From the IMG/VR virus record IMGVR_UViG_3300025864_000013: DNA of 64,000 bases, one strand, 5' to 3'. The stretch is from an uncultured virus (IMG/VR IMGVR_UViG_3300025864_000013). Lineage: Duplodnaviria > Heunggongvirae > Uroviricota > Caudoviricetes. The first letter of the stretch is position 1. Every line of letters starts with the position of its first letter. Shown piece after piece: positions 19,568 to 29,638 of the stretch. The notes beneath the pieces were generated by a model that was not told the origin of the DNA, did not search any database, and saw nothing but the letters and a program-made list of their open reading frames with translations. The position numbers and the translations under genes are program-made.

Positions 19568-20461
19568 ATGAAAAGAGATTTTAAGCCAATGACTTTTTTG
19601 ACAGATATACTAAAGGCTATTGACAATATAGATAGTGTTCATGGCTATAAAATAGTAGAATCAATATCTACAATGATTGATAAAGATTATCGTGAGATTG
19701 CTGACGTTGTCTTAAATTACTTCCACTCGCAAAACACAAGCCCGGAAACGGTAGCGGCGGATTATATGCATGTAGTTAGCGACATGAAGTGTGAAATGTT
19801 ATTCTTTGAACGTCACGGAAAGTACCGTTGCGTAAATCAAGAAGAAGCATTTAATACGGTTTATTCTCGGTTGGACGTGATGCGGTATTACATGAATGGT
19901 CTTATAATATCTCATATCCTTTGGAGTCATCACTTTAGCATGACGAAGTATTACCGTATATCATTACAGAACCTTTTTTCTCAATCAAATAAAGCCATAC
20001 ATGTTTTAGATGTAGGGGCCGGACATGGTTTATATTCACTGATTGCTAAAAATAATATTAAGAATAGTATTATTGATGTTGTTGATATTAGTAGCGAATC
20101 TTTAAAAATGACTAAGGCCATAATAGGGAGTGAGAATATTCTGTATAACCAGGCTAATATAATTCGGTTTAATCCTGGGAGAAAATATGATTTGATTATT
20201 CTTGGTGAGATACTCGAACATCTGGATAAGCCTGAAGAGATGCTATTAAAAGCAAAAGATTTACTTTCTGACCAAGGATATATTTTCTTAACAGTTCCCA
20301 CTAATGCTCCGGCAATAGATCATGTTTATTTATTTACGTCAGGCACGGAGATTTTGAACATGATAGCTGCTACTGGCCTAATAATAACTTCTGCAATATC
20401 TTGTGCTGCAGAATTAAACAATCAAACTAAACTAATTGGAGTCCTTTGTAAAAAACAATAA
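19568..20461 (+). CDS. class I SAM-dependent methyltransferase
   Basis: VLDVGAGHG, YDLIILGEILEHL. Confidence 0.85.
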   Translation: MKRDFKPMTFLTDILKAIDNIDSVHGYKIVESISTMIDKDYREIADVVLNYFHSQNTSPETVAADYMHVVSDMKCEMLFFERHGKYRCVNQEEAFNTVYSRLDVMRYYMNGLIISHILWSHHFSMTKYYRISLQNLFSQSNKAIHVLDVGAGHGLYSLIAKNNIKNSIIDVVDISSESLKMTKAIIGSENILYNQANIIRFNPGRKYDLIILGEILEHLDKPEEMLLKAKDLLSDQGYIFLTVPTNAPAIDHVYLFTSGTEILNMIAATGLIITSAISCAAELNNQTKLIGVLCKKQ

Positions 20462-20463
20462 CC

Positions 20464-20829
20464 ATGAAATCACAAGCTAAAAGAATTGAGCAATTTAAGG
20501 CAGTCCAGAAAAGAGGACTTGAACTATTTGAAAAAAAGAATACTGATTACGGTGATGCTTTCGCTGACTTTGGAGTAGTCGGAATCATAATCCGGGTACA
20601 AGATAAGATGAGAAGGTTTATTAGCGTCTCTGCAAATGGCGCAGCCCTAGTTAATGACGAAGGGCTTAGAGATACTTTGATTGACATGGCAAATTACGCC
20701 ACTATGGCTTTAATGCTTATGGATGAGCAGGAAAAAGGAACTCCGACGGTATTAACGACTCATGATCTGTTAGAGATTGACGAAGCAAAGGCTGATCAAT
20801 GTTTTGCAGAGAATGACTTAATAATATAA
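20464..20829 (+). CDS. DUF1599/nucleotide-modification-associated (MazG-like) protein
   Basis: KKNTDYGDAF...DK..R...DTLIDMANYA. Confidence 0.8.
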   Translation: MKSQAKRIEQFKAVQKRGLELFEKKNTDYGDAFADFGVVGIIIRVQDKMRRFISVSANGAALVNDEGLRDTLIDMANYATMALMLMDEQEKGTPTVLTTHDLLEIDEAKADQCFAENDLII

Positions 20830-20834
20830 GCATT

Positions 20835-21254
20835 ATGAATATTTCGGATATAAAAATCGGAGATTTCGCTAAAGCGAAACGTCTCGTCCTGCAAAAAGAT
20901 GTTAACGACTTTATTTCTCTTAGTGGCGACAATAATAAACTACACATAGATCCGGCCTATGCAGGAAACACTTATCTTCAGGGGCCTGTTGTTCATGGAA
21001 TGTTTGGAATGGCCCTTATCTCTGCCGTGATAGGAACCCAGCTACCCGGCGACGGTGCTCTATGGTTTAGTCAGGAGACATCTTTTACTAAACCCATAAA
21101 AGTAGGCGACTACCTTACAATAGAGGTTAGGGTTATTGATAAACATATATCTTTGCAATATATTAAGCTCAAAACGCTGGTTATAAACCAAAATAATGAT
21201 ATTTGCATAACAGGTACGGCACTTGTAAGATTAATACCACAAGATCATGAATAA
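20835..21254 (+). CDS. MaoC-like (R)-hydratase/dehydratase
   Basis: SGDNNKLH...VHGM...LPG...F.KP. Confidence 0.9.
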   Translation: MNISDIKIGDFAKAKRLVLQKDVNDFISLSGDNNKLHIDPAYAGNTYLQGPVVHGMFGMALISAVIGTQLPGDGALWFSQETSFTKPIKVGDYLTIEVRVIDKHISLQYIKLKTLVINQNNDICITGTALVRLIPQDHE

Positions 21255-22260
21255 ACAGGAACTACGCAAGGCTGGCAAATTAAAGAAAGCCATAATCTTT
21301 GACTGCGATAATACTCTATGGAAAGGAATACTCGGAGAGGAAGAAATTACCCCGGATAATGAGATCCAGAATGATATTGTATTCTTAGCGAACCATGGAG
21401 TAATAATTGGACTTTGTAGTAAAAATAATGAAGGCGATGTGATGAACGCTTTAAAAACCCAGATCCTTACGGAAGAGTATATTTCAGTTAAAAGAATTAA
21501 CTGGAAAGACAAAGCATCAAACCTTAAAGAGATTGCTGAAGAACTAAATATCGGAACTGATGCGATAATGTTTGTTGACGACTCTTGCTTTGAGATAGGC
21601 ATGTTAGAAAGTGCTGTTCCTGAAATACTTTGCATATATCCTTATGAATTGATCGAGAAAGCTCACGAATGGTTTGATCTTACCGGAACCTTTGGGAAGA
21701 CAAAGGAATATAAAGAGCAATACCAGAGAGTTAAGGCAAAAGAACAATTTACTGATATTAATGAGTATTTAAAATCACTTGGCATGGTGCTGACAATAAA
21801 GTGCAATGAACCGGCTTATATTGAAAGAATTGCAGAACTTAGCCAAAAAACAAACCAGTTTAACCTTGCTCTTAAAAGGTATTTAGTGGCAGACATAGCT
21901 TCCCTCATTGATAATGTTGACGTTTATACTTTGTCGGTAAAAGACAAGTTTGGAGATAGCGGAGTGACTGGTGTGGCAATAGTTTTTGGTTCACGGATTG
22001 ATACTTTTCTGCTTTCATGCCGGATTCTTGGCCGTGGTATTGAGTACGCTTTCATGGATAGGATAATTGACGACATGAGAAAATCAGGAGCCGATGTTGT
22101 TTATGGTGCTTACGTGAAGTCTGCTAAAAATGAACAGGTAGAATATTTTTATACAAAGATTGGCTTTGAATGGAACCACAAAAGCGGAGAACATCAAATC
22201 TATTCTATTGACATACATGATTATAAACCACAAGCAAAAAACCACTTCACTTATGAATGA
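21247..22260 (+). CDS. fkbH: FkbH-like HAD-IIIC glyceryl-ACP synthase
   Basis: FDCDNTLW, SKNN, FVDDS, KTNQFNL, LSCRILGR. Confidence 0.9.
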   Translation: MNKQELRKAGKLKKAIIFDCDNTLWKGILGEEEITPDNEIQNDIVFLANHGVIIGLCSKNNEGDVMNALKTQILTEEYISVKRINWKDKASNLKEIAEELNIGTDAIMFVDDSCFEIGMLESAVPEILCIYPYELIEKAHEWFDLTGTFGKTKEYKEQYQRVKAKEQFTDINEYLKSLGMVLTIKCNEPAYIERIAELSQKTNQFNLALKRYLVADIASLIDNVDVYTLSVKDKFGDSGVTGVAIVFGSRIDTFLLSCRILGRGIEYAFMDRIIDDMRKSGADVVYGAYVKSAKNEQVEYFYTKIGFEWNHKSGEHQIYSIDIHDYKPQAKNHFTYE

Positions 22261-22480
22261 AATAATCCGGCAAATAATGGCAGAGAGTTTTGATATTCCT
22301 GTCGAACAAATTACCCCAGACTCAAATGATCATAATATTGAGGGATGGGACTCGCTGCACCATATCAGAATGATTGTGGCACTCGAAAGGAAATTTGATA
22401 TTACTATTCCCGATGAAGAGGTCGGCAATATGGTAAGTTATAAATTCATTGAACAGGTAATAAATAAATTGATATTATGA
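22253..22480 (+). CDS. acyl carrier protein
   Basis: WDSLHH phosphopantetheine serine; ATG 22253. Confidence 0.9.
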   Translation: MNEIIRQIMAESFDIPVEQITPDSNDHNIEGWDSLHHIRMIVALERKFDITIPDEEVGNMVSYKFIEQVINKLIL

Positions 22481-23067
22481 CAAAAACAGAACATAAATTT
22501 CCGTGCCTGATTTGTGGCGAGTTTATCACACTTTCAAAAGTGATGGAGAAAGACGCTAATTTTATTTATGGATTGCGTAAAAATGAAGCTGCTCAATATC
22601 TTAATTGTCCGGTGAATTATTCTATTGAATCGCAATTAGCCTGGCAAAATTCCAGAACTAGTGATGAGGTAAATTATATAATCTATGATAATGAAGGTTA
22701 TAAGGTCGGCATGGTATCAATATATGATTGCGACTGGTTGAATGGCGTGTCTAATGTAGGTAGGCTATTGCTCAGTAATCAATTTGTCCACAAATCAACT
22801 CCTTACGGATTAGAGGCATTGCAGCTAACCTATGCTTATGTATTAGAGCAAATGAAATTCCGGAAGATTGCCGGCACAATAAATACCCGCAACGAAAAGG
22901 TTTACAGCCTTCAGAAATACTTAGGCATGAAGGATGAGGGATTGTTTGTTAAGCATGTTCTCTTAAACGGAGTACCACAGGACTTACACTTCCTTTCTTT
23001 ATTTGCTGAAGATTTTCCGGCATACGCTGAAAATATTCAAAAACTACTTGAAAAATTCAGGCAATGA
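22477..23067 (+). CDS. GNAT/RimJ-like N-acyltransferase
   Basis: PseH-like layout, N.KV.SL.K.LGMK.EG. Confidence 0.8.
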   Translation: MTKTEHKFPCLICGEFITLSKVMEKDANFIYGLRKNEAAQYLNCPVNYSIESQLAWQNSRTSDEVNYIIYDNEGYKVGMVSIYDCDWLNGVSNVGRLLLSNQFVHKSTPYGLEALQLTYAYVLEQMKFRKIAGTINTRNEKVYSLQKYLGMKDEGLFVKHVLLNGVPQDLHFLSLFAEDFPAYAENIQKLLEKFRQ

Positions 23068-23477
23068 AAAGTAGCGTAAGGGACTGTAAATTCATAAACC
23101 TGCAGACCGTGCTTAGGGATGAAGGCAGTATGTCTATTGCGGAACAGGATAAAGAGATCCCATTTGTAGTAAGGAGGGTATATTACATTTACAATGTTCC
23201 CGACACCGGCAATAGGGGCTTTCATGCTCACAAAGGACTCTATCAAATGATTATTCCGGTACATGGTTGGTTTCACATAAAGCTCGACGACGGTACTGAA
23301 AAGAGAATTATACAACTTTTTGATCCGACAAAAGGACTTTTGATCGTACCAGGAATATGGCGGGAGCTTTCGGACTTTACAAACGATGCTGTATGCCTGG
23401 CTTTAGCCTCAGAGAAATATAACGAATCGGATTATATAAGAAATTATACGGACTTTTTAAAATTCAAATCAATATGA
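23064..23477 (+). CDS. fdtA: dTDP-6-deoxy-3,4-keto-hexulose isomerase (FdtA/QdtA cupin)
   Basis: RVYYIY..P....RGFHAHK...Y.ESDYIR.Y..F. Confidence 0.9.
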   Translation: MKSSVRDCKFINLQTVLRDEGSMSIAEQDKEIPFVVRRVYYIYNVPDTGNRGFHAHKGLYQMIIPVHGWFHIKLDDGTEKRIIQLFDPTKGLLIVPGIWRELSDFTNDAVCLALASEKYNESDYIRNYTDFLKFKSI

Positions 23478-25492
23478 TAACTGCCCTTTGCGTAAACTAC
23501 AATACGCCCGGACTACTGGAAAGATTATTAACCAGTTTCAGGAGATACTACCCTGATATTTCTTTCCTTGTCATTGATGGATCTGATCAGGCTTATTACA
23601 ACCAGATAAGAGATTTCCCGAAAAGGTTCAATGTAGAGTTGAAACACTTTGATTTCAATATTCATCACGGCCCAGGCATGGCGTATGGAATAAGACAGAT
23701 TAAAACAGATCAGATATTGCTACTCGATACTGATATTATAGTACTCCGCGGCGGGTGGATAGAATTATTACAACAAAGACTACTGCCAGATAATTACGGG
23801 ATAGGGGATATTCAGAAAGAATCATTCATGAGAGGCGGGAGAAAAGAAGTAATAGACTATCTTCATCCGGCATGCGCCCTGGTTAACAGAAAAGTAATTC
23901 TGCAATATCCATTGCCTACCAAGGCCGGATGTCCTTTAATGGATGCAATGGTTAATATCTATCAGAACAGAAAAGATATATTGCAAAAATCAGACCTTAT
24001 AACAAATGACTTTTGGAATCATACGGATATTTATATTCAGCACGGCCACGATCATAAAGGAATGGGCACGGTCGTAAAAACAGGAGGTTATCATTATGAA
24101 CCGGAGAAAGGTAAAAAAGAAGGAGCAATAATCGACACAATAGGAATAGTCATTGCTACCTTTCAGAGGCCGGACGGCAAAACACCTTATTACCTTAACC
24201 GTACCCTCGAATCAATAGAGGCGCAAACATTCAAGGATTACAGGGTCTATGTTATGGGTGATGCCTACACTGATGATGATGAGTTAAGGGAAATAACTTC
24301 AAAGTTCAGTAATGTAATAACACACAACCTCGATAAGTCAGTAGAAAGAGAACGCTACCCCAAAGGAGGTCAATACCTTTGGTGTTGTGGAGGTGTCACA
24401 GCTGCAAATAAAGGAATTGATTATGCACTAGCTGATGGTATTGAATATATCTGCCATCAGGGCCATGATGACACCTGGGAGCCTAACCACTTAGAATTGA
24501 TAAATAAAGTTATTCGGGAGAAACACCCTTTCTTTATATGCACATCTGCTTCTTACGGCTTAGGCCATTTACCTCCACATCCGCTGACAAACGATGTTGT
24601 GCCTTACCTTCCGGTTCCTGCCGGGGTAATTGCATCCAGCGTGTGTATAAAATATACTGAAACAAAGCTGAGGGTAATGGATCGCTTTCATGAAGAAGGA
24701 ATAATGTCACCCTCTGATGCCTACCTATGGGAGTGTATGGATAAGGAAATGATAAAAGAGGATAAAAAAGGATTCTTGATAACTACATTAACCTGCCGTC
24801 ACGATGAAGAAGGATATGTACTTAATGGAGGTGATTTTAAGTCAAGTGCAGTCATTAAAAAGAAAGATGAAAAACCGCAGTCGGTTATTTCTGAGGTAAC
24901 TGCTATTATTACAACTCGTAATAATCTAAAGGACTTTAAGAAGTGCTATAAGTCGATTAAAAAGTTTCATGCCGAAATACCGGTAATAATCATTGACCAG
25001 TCTGAGATTACTGATAAATGTTGCGACTATGTTTGCTCATTAAATTTAAACCCCGGCAATGTTACATCAGTTCTATTTGGCGAATATATAGGCACGGGAA
25101 AGGCACTAAGAGCAGGTATTAGCATGGTGGGGACAAAGTACGCAATGATTGTTGATAGCTGTATGGAGATGAAGAAAAGTCCAATTCCTGAGATGCTGAA
25201 ATTAATGGAACTGAATACTTTCGCAATAGGAGAACTGGAGTTGCATGATTCATGCGGAGTGACTTACGGGAATAGCGAGCTTTCATCAGACGAAACGCCT
25301 ACCTTATCATTTAAAAATTATCCATTCTTTCAATTGATAAATATTGGAAACTATAAGAAGTTCCCGGCTTATGTAAATCATGAATCTCCTTGGTTCAAGG
25401 CTATGAATGAAATAAAGAAACAGGGATTGTCCTCAAAGATATTAAAGACGTTCCCTGTTACCCGAAGTAAAATGAATGATTATGTAGAATAA
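23474..25492 (+). CDS. three-domain GT2 glycosyltransferase
   Basis: three GT-A repeats (LLDTD, GHDD, IVDS). Confidence 0.8.
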   Translation: MITALCVNYNTPGLLERLLTSFRRYYPDISFLVIDGSDQAYYNQIRDFPKRFNVELKHFDFNIHHGPGMAYGIRQIKTDQILLLDTDIIVLRGGWIELLQQRLLPDNYGIGDIQKESFMRGGRKEVIDYLHPACALVNRKVILQYPLPTKAGCPLMDAMVNIYQNRKDILQKSDLITNDFWNHTDIYIQHGHDHKGMGTVVKTGGYHYEPEKGKKEGAIIDTIGIVIATFQRPDGKTPYYLNRTLESIEAQTFKDYRVYVMGDAYTDDDELREITSKFSNVITHNLDKSVERERYPKGGQYLWCCGGVTAANKGIDYALADGIEYICHQGHDDTWEPNHLELINKVIREKHPFFICTSASYGLGHLPPHPLTNDVVPYLPVPAGVIASSVCIKYTETKLRVMDRFHEEGIMSPSDAYLWECMDKEMIKEDKKGFLITTLTCRHDEEGYVLNGGDFKSSAVIKKKDEKPQSVISEVTAIITTRNNLKDFKKCYKSIKKFHAEIPVIIIDQSEITDKCCDYVCSLNLNPGNVTSVLFGEYIGTGKALRAGISMVGTKYAMIVDSCMEMKKSPIPEMLKLMELNTFAIGELELHDSCGVTYGNSELSSDETPTLSFKNYPFFQLINIGNYKKFPAYVNHESPWFKAMNEIKKQGLSSKILKTFPVTRSKMNDYVE

Positions 25493-25653
25493 AAAAAGCC
25501 TTCCTATACTGCTTTATCAGCAAGTGCCTTATTTACCTTAATCGAATAGTAAAGATTCACTAACGATAGGCCTATAAAGGCTATAATTCCGACCTTGACA
25601 ATAGTAAGCATTACTGGTTTTCCTTCAAATAGTGTTTGCATACCAGGTATTTA

Positions 25654-26031
25654 TTAAATATAAGTGATAAAATGACCTTCTACGGGGAGCCTGTTACCAT
25701 GAATGTCTTCAAAGGTAAGTAGGGTGTTTACTCCGTTCATTCCGTGCTTCTTGATTTCACCCTCTGGCATGACTTCTTTTCCTGTCCTGACGATGGAGTT
25801 AATGTCTACGCCAATTTCCCTAATGCGGATCTCTGCGCTGAGTAATGTCTGTTTATCAATAGTTCCTGTATTCGGCTCTTCCGGATCTGTATTGTTTGCG
25901 TTTCCGTCGATACCTGCCTGAGCTTTCTTTAAATTCTGAAACAACTCACTTGCCTTCTTCATTGCATCTTTGTGAGGCATTAAAGGATTTTCTTCTTTTA
26001 CCTTTGCTAATAATTCTTTGTAATTTGTCAT
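25654..26031 (-). CDS. hypothetical protein with HMG-box-like N-terminus
   Basis: YKELLAKVKEENPLMPHKDAMKKASELF. Confidence 0.6.
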   Translation of the reverse strand: MTNYKELLAKVKEENPLMPHKDAMKKASELFQNLKKAQAGIDGNANNTDPEEPNTGTIDKQTLLSAEIRIREIGVDINSIVRTGKEVMPEGEIKKHGMNGVNTLLTFEDIHGNRLPVEGHFITYI

Positions 26032-26044
26032 GATATTTAAGATT

Positions 26045-26269
26045 TTAGTTTAAAAACAAATTGTCTTTTAGTTTCTTGAAATATTCCTTTTTGCTCTGTG
26101 TTCTAACAAATAGCACTCCGAATAAAACAAGGAAAATAGAAAATAACCATAAAAATACCTGAGCGTATGACTCTTCTTCTCTTTCACGTTTAAGGCAAAT
26201 AAACAATCCGGCCACAAACATAATGGAACAATAGAGAAAAATTAATATCTGAATAAAGATATTTGTCAT
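26045..26269 (-). CDS. small 2-TM membrane protein
   Basis: two hydrophobic segments. Confidence 0.55.
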   Translation of the reverse strand: MTNIFIQILIFLYCSIMFVAGLFICLKREREEESYAQVFLWLFSIFLVLFGVLFVRTQSKKEYFKKLKDNLFLN

Positions 26270-27045
26270 TTCGTTAATAATATTCTTACTGTTTCAATAA
26301 ACGCTGCTCCGATTCCTGCATGAATGTACCACTTACTCAAAAGTCCTTTTGGCTCTTCAATTATGGTGACACTCATATCATTAACTTTCAAATATGGTAT
26401 TTCAGTCGTAAAGATTCCCTTGGGGACTTTCTTTAAGTTCAAAAAGCCCGTTCCTACATACCCAACCGACACCGTGCCACTGAAAGGGATTGATAAATTA
26501 TACCATGCTTTTCTGTCAATACTCATTCCGGCATTTAAGGAAAGATATTTATCATTGACATCGAGTAAGGTAAAGGGAAGCCTTGCGTAATCATGCGTCA
26601 CACCTGATGTATCTTTAACAGTGATAAATATAGTGTTTGGAGGAAGTTTTAATAATGAGTCCTGCCTGTGAATTATTCCAGACAATTCAGTATTTGTAAT
26701 CAGATCCTTAATGTGTAATTTCTTCAAAACATCTTCACGTATTAGCCCGGCAGCAATGGCATTTGATTGACTTAGGATAACAGCATCTTTCTGTGTGCCG
26801 GAATAAGTAACCCCTTCTAGTTCGAACTGAAGAGAATGAACACTATCCCTAACTGCAATAAGATTATTGATCTGAGCTTCACGTTCCGGCTTTGTACTAC
26901 ACTTACCAATAACGAATGAAATAACAATTACCAAAATTATGGCTACATATTTCAAGTTCTTTTTTACGAAAGGCCAGATTGTATTCTTTATGAAGGGCCA
27001 GACTGTGCTCTTGATAAAATTCAAAATGAGGTTAATTATTTTCAT
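26266..27045 (-). CDS. putative spanin-like lysis protein
   Basis: N-terminal TM, coiled coil, C-terminal KWYIHAGIG; located in the lysis block. Confidence 0.55.
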   Translation of the reverse strand: MKIINLILNFIKSTVWPFIKNTIWPFVKKNLKYVAIILVIVISFVIGKCSTKPEREAQINNLIAVRDSVHSLQFELEGVTYSGTQKDAVILSQSNAIAAGLIREDVLKKLHIKDLITNTELSGIIHRQDSLLKLPPNTIFITVKDTSGVTHDYARLPFTLLDVNDKYLSLNAGMSIDRKAWYNLSIPFSGTVSVGYVGTGFLNLKKVPKGIFTTEIPYLKVNDMSVTIIEEPKGLLSKWYIHAGIGAAFIETVRILLTK

Positions 27046-27152
27046 GATCTTTCTTTTTAAAAACACCTATTAAGAATAAAACAATTACCGTTGCTACTAC
27101 TCCGCTTATCATTTCGCTAAGTTATTAACTTTTAAATTACTAACCAAATTTA

Positions 27153-27530
27153 TTAATTAGTAGTCTTGATTGTCTGATCACTTGTTGATGTTTTTGTAGT
27201 CGTTTCGGTCGTGTCTTTTACACCGGTTTTCATTTCAGCAAATTTCTGAATAGCTTTCGGAACTACTGCTGCGATTACAAGGATAACAAAAATATCCCAG
27301 TCGATACGTTTCAGCATTGAAATAAGCATATTATAACTTTGTTCTGTAATACATTTATCTCTTAATAATTGAGTGTATGATTTAAAATGAGCCTCATACG
27401 ATTGATTTGAAAAGAAAGTATAAGCACAAAGTAATACAAAAAAGAGTGCCTCTAAGAGCCTCATGAATGAGTTTGCCAGAGTGCCGTTCTGTTGTAATTC
27501 CTGAAAAAAACCCGTAGTAGCTTTTGCCAT
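27153..27530 (-). CDS. putative holin
   Basis: S.MRL, two TM helices, K..QKF.E; adjacent to the endolysin candidate. Confidence 0.6.
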   Translation of the reverse strand: MAKATTGFFQELQQNGTLANSFMRLLEALFFVLLCAYTFFSNQSYEAHFKSYTQLLRDKCITEQSYNMLISMLKRIDWDIFVILVIAAVVPKAIQKFAEMKTGVKDTTETTTKTSTSDQTIKTTN

Positions 27531-27531
27531 T

Positions 27532-28068
27532 TTATGAATTATTAAAATTTTTATTTACAAATTGAGCCTTTATATCATATCCTTCGTTGATCTTTTTCTC
27601 GATGAAGGTTCTTAGCTGATCCTTCATTCCATTGTAAATCATTGGTTCTGTAATGATAAGATTAGTTTTAGTGTCATATTTTGGGAGACTGAGATCTGAT
27701 CCTACAAGAACGCAAGCCTCGGTATGATTAAAATTAAGGCCATTGTGAAACAAACAGTCTGCCCAGGATAAGTTACCGAATTTTATAGTCCTTCCATCTT
27801 TTTCAGTATGAAGTATCAGAGTCTTTCCGTAATGAGCATTTTCAAACAAAGAAACATCACAGATCAATCCGTCCGGCAGGGCTGTTTCACCAAAAACCTT
27901 AACGTTCCCAGGTCTGCAGGTATCTTCAAGAGAATAACAGAAATAATCCTTTGACAATACTAACGGAGACTGTACATAATCTTTTATGTATTGCATGAAA
28001 ATTTTCCCTACACTTGTTCTTGCAGAATAAATAAATCTTTCGGTCAATATGGTAAGCGTTTTTCCCAT
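27532..28068 (-). CDS. DUF5675-like putative endolysin
   Basis: SLED...GETALP.G...FHNG...HTEACVLVG. Confidence 0.75.
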   Translation of the reverse strand: MGKTLTILTERFIYSARTSVGKIFMQYIKDYVQSPLVLSKDYFCYSLEDTCRPGNVKVFGETALPDGLICDVSLFENAHYGKTLILHTEKDGRTIKFGNLSWADCLFHNGLNFNHTEACVLVGSDLSLPKYDTKTNLIITEPMIYNGMKDQLRTFIEKKINEGYDIKAQFVNKNFNNS

Positions 28069-28643
28069 TATTTAAAAGTGCTAGTCGTATCGTTATCAAT
28101 TACAATAGTTTTTAGACCTCTTTCCGTTCCGAGCGGAATTAACACTTCATTTGTTGTTTTCGTGTCTGCCTTAATAGATTTTTGAGCGTCTATAACCTTG
28201 TCAAATTTACTGTTAATCAAAAACAAAACTGTAATAAGTGCGATTATAACCCCTGCCACCTTAACAACCGTTCCAATCACCGCCCGCCTTTCGTTTCTCT
28301 CATCCTTCTTTTTTTCTTCCTCAATAGATTGTAACTTTAAAATAGCTTGTTTGCCTTTCTCAAACTGTTCCTCATCAGAGCGAAAATCTTCAATCATTCT
28401 TTCTGTTTTGGCACTGGTATCTATTGCTCTTTGTACTGTTAATTTTATTTCAGAAATATCCTTTACGACTACATCGTGATCTTTTATAAATAAATCAACC
28501 TTAAATAAAAGCCCGTCCTGTGGAGTGCCGTTGCCATAAAGTATATAGTCCGTTCTTTCAAGAATTTCACTATGCCGTTTTAATATACTGGCTTTAGTAC
28601 ATCTATGCTTTAATACCCGAATGTCGGGTTTGCGCTTATCCAT
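28068..28643 (-). CDS. coiled-coil protein with C-terminal TM (lysis-associated)
   Basis: ORF track; hydrophobic segment near the C-terminus. Confidence 0.55.
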   Translation of the reverse strand: MDKRKPDIRVLKHRCTKASILKRHSEILERTDYILYGNGTPQDGLLFKVDLFIKDHDVVVKDISEIKLTVQRAIDTSAKTERMIEDFRSDEEQFEKGKQAILKLQSIEEEKKKDERNERRAVIGTVVKVAGVIIALITVLFLINSKFDKVIDAQKSIKADTKTTNEVLIPLGTERGLKTIVIDNDTTSTFK

Positions 28644-28657
28644 TTCAGAGTAAGTTT

Positions 28658-29575
28658 TTAAATCGGACTTGGGAAATTCTCCCTTATCCTAGTATTAATA
28701 ACTCCAATATGTTTCTTCACATAATGCTGCGTTGCCTCTAATTTGGTGTGTCTCAACTGATCCATAAGTTCACGCATAGAAATACCAGACATATGAAGCC
28801 TGGAAGCTCCGGTGTGTTTAAATGAGTATAACTTATACCCTTTCGATAAATTCAAATGATCCCTTATGATGTCAAACCGATAACGAAGCATATTGATAGA
28901 GCATGGTTTTGTACCAAACCGCTTTTTGTTTCCAAAAATAAATAAACTATTATCTGCTTTGTCAATCCCATACTCAAAACAAATATCAATAAGTTGCTGT
29001 GGCATCGTAACGCTCTGTTGGAGTTTATTCTTTGCATTCTCCTGTCGAACCATGATTAGTCCGTTATGAAGATCAATATCTCCAACCTTCAGCAACCTTA
29101 ATTCCTTGCCGGGTCGAATGAAACAATAGTACTGAATGATACAAGCCAAATACAACTGAGGATCGAGTCTTTTAATTTCCGGGAGTAATATTTTTAAGTC
29201 CTCTAGCTGGATTACTTCTGCGCCCTGGTCTTTTTTCTTTCTATGAAAAACAACTAAATCAAAAGGCATAATATCTACTTCTCCTCTTTTTTGAGCATAA
29301 GTGAAAAGCTGTCGAATATTTAAGAAGTACTTTTGACATGTAGGTTTATCAAGACCTTTGTCTCTTGCAAGAAAGTAAAAGAAATCAGAAACAGTCTGTG
29401 GTGTAATTTTCCTAATTGATAAATTACCACACCCATGTTCTTTTAACCAATCAGTAAAGACAGGAAGTTGACCTGCATATGTCATATAAGATTTATGCTG
29501 AATACCAACCTCCTTTTCAAGAAGAAATCCCGGTAAAAGTTCTGCTGGTGTCTTATATTTTCTAAAAATCTCCAT
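28658..29575 (-). CDS. tyrosine recombinase (no arm-binding domain)
   Basis: FIRPGKELR, AK, YSFKHTG, QLRH...TQHY. Confidence 0.9.
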   Translation of the reverse strand: MEIFRKYKTPAELLPGFLLEKEVGIQHKSYMTYAGQLPVFTDWLKEHGCGNLSIRKITPQTVSDFFYFLARDKGLDKPTCQKYFLNIRQLFTYAQKRGEVDIMPFDLVVFHRKKKDQGAEVIQLEDLKILLPEIKRLDPQLYLACIIQYYCFIRPGKELRLLKVGDIDLHNGLIMVRQENAKNKLQQSVTMPQQLIDICFEYGIDKADNSLFIFGNKKRFGTKPCSINMLRYRFDIIRDHLNLSKGYKLYSFKHTGASRLHMSGISMRELMDQLRHTKLEATQHYVKKHIGVINTRIRENFPSPI

Positions 29576-29638
29576 ATTTTTACTTCATTGATAATTAATC
29601 TTTTAACATTCTATTTAGTTATATTGAGATCATAGCAC

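Noticed and set aside
17646..22480. Complete viral fatty-acid synthesis for the internal membrane
   Set aside because: No FabB/F, FabD, FabI or ACC; the FkbH, GNAT and FdtA context fits short acyl-group tailoring better.
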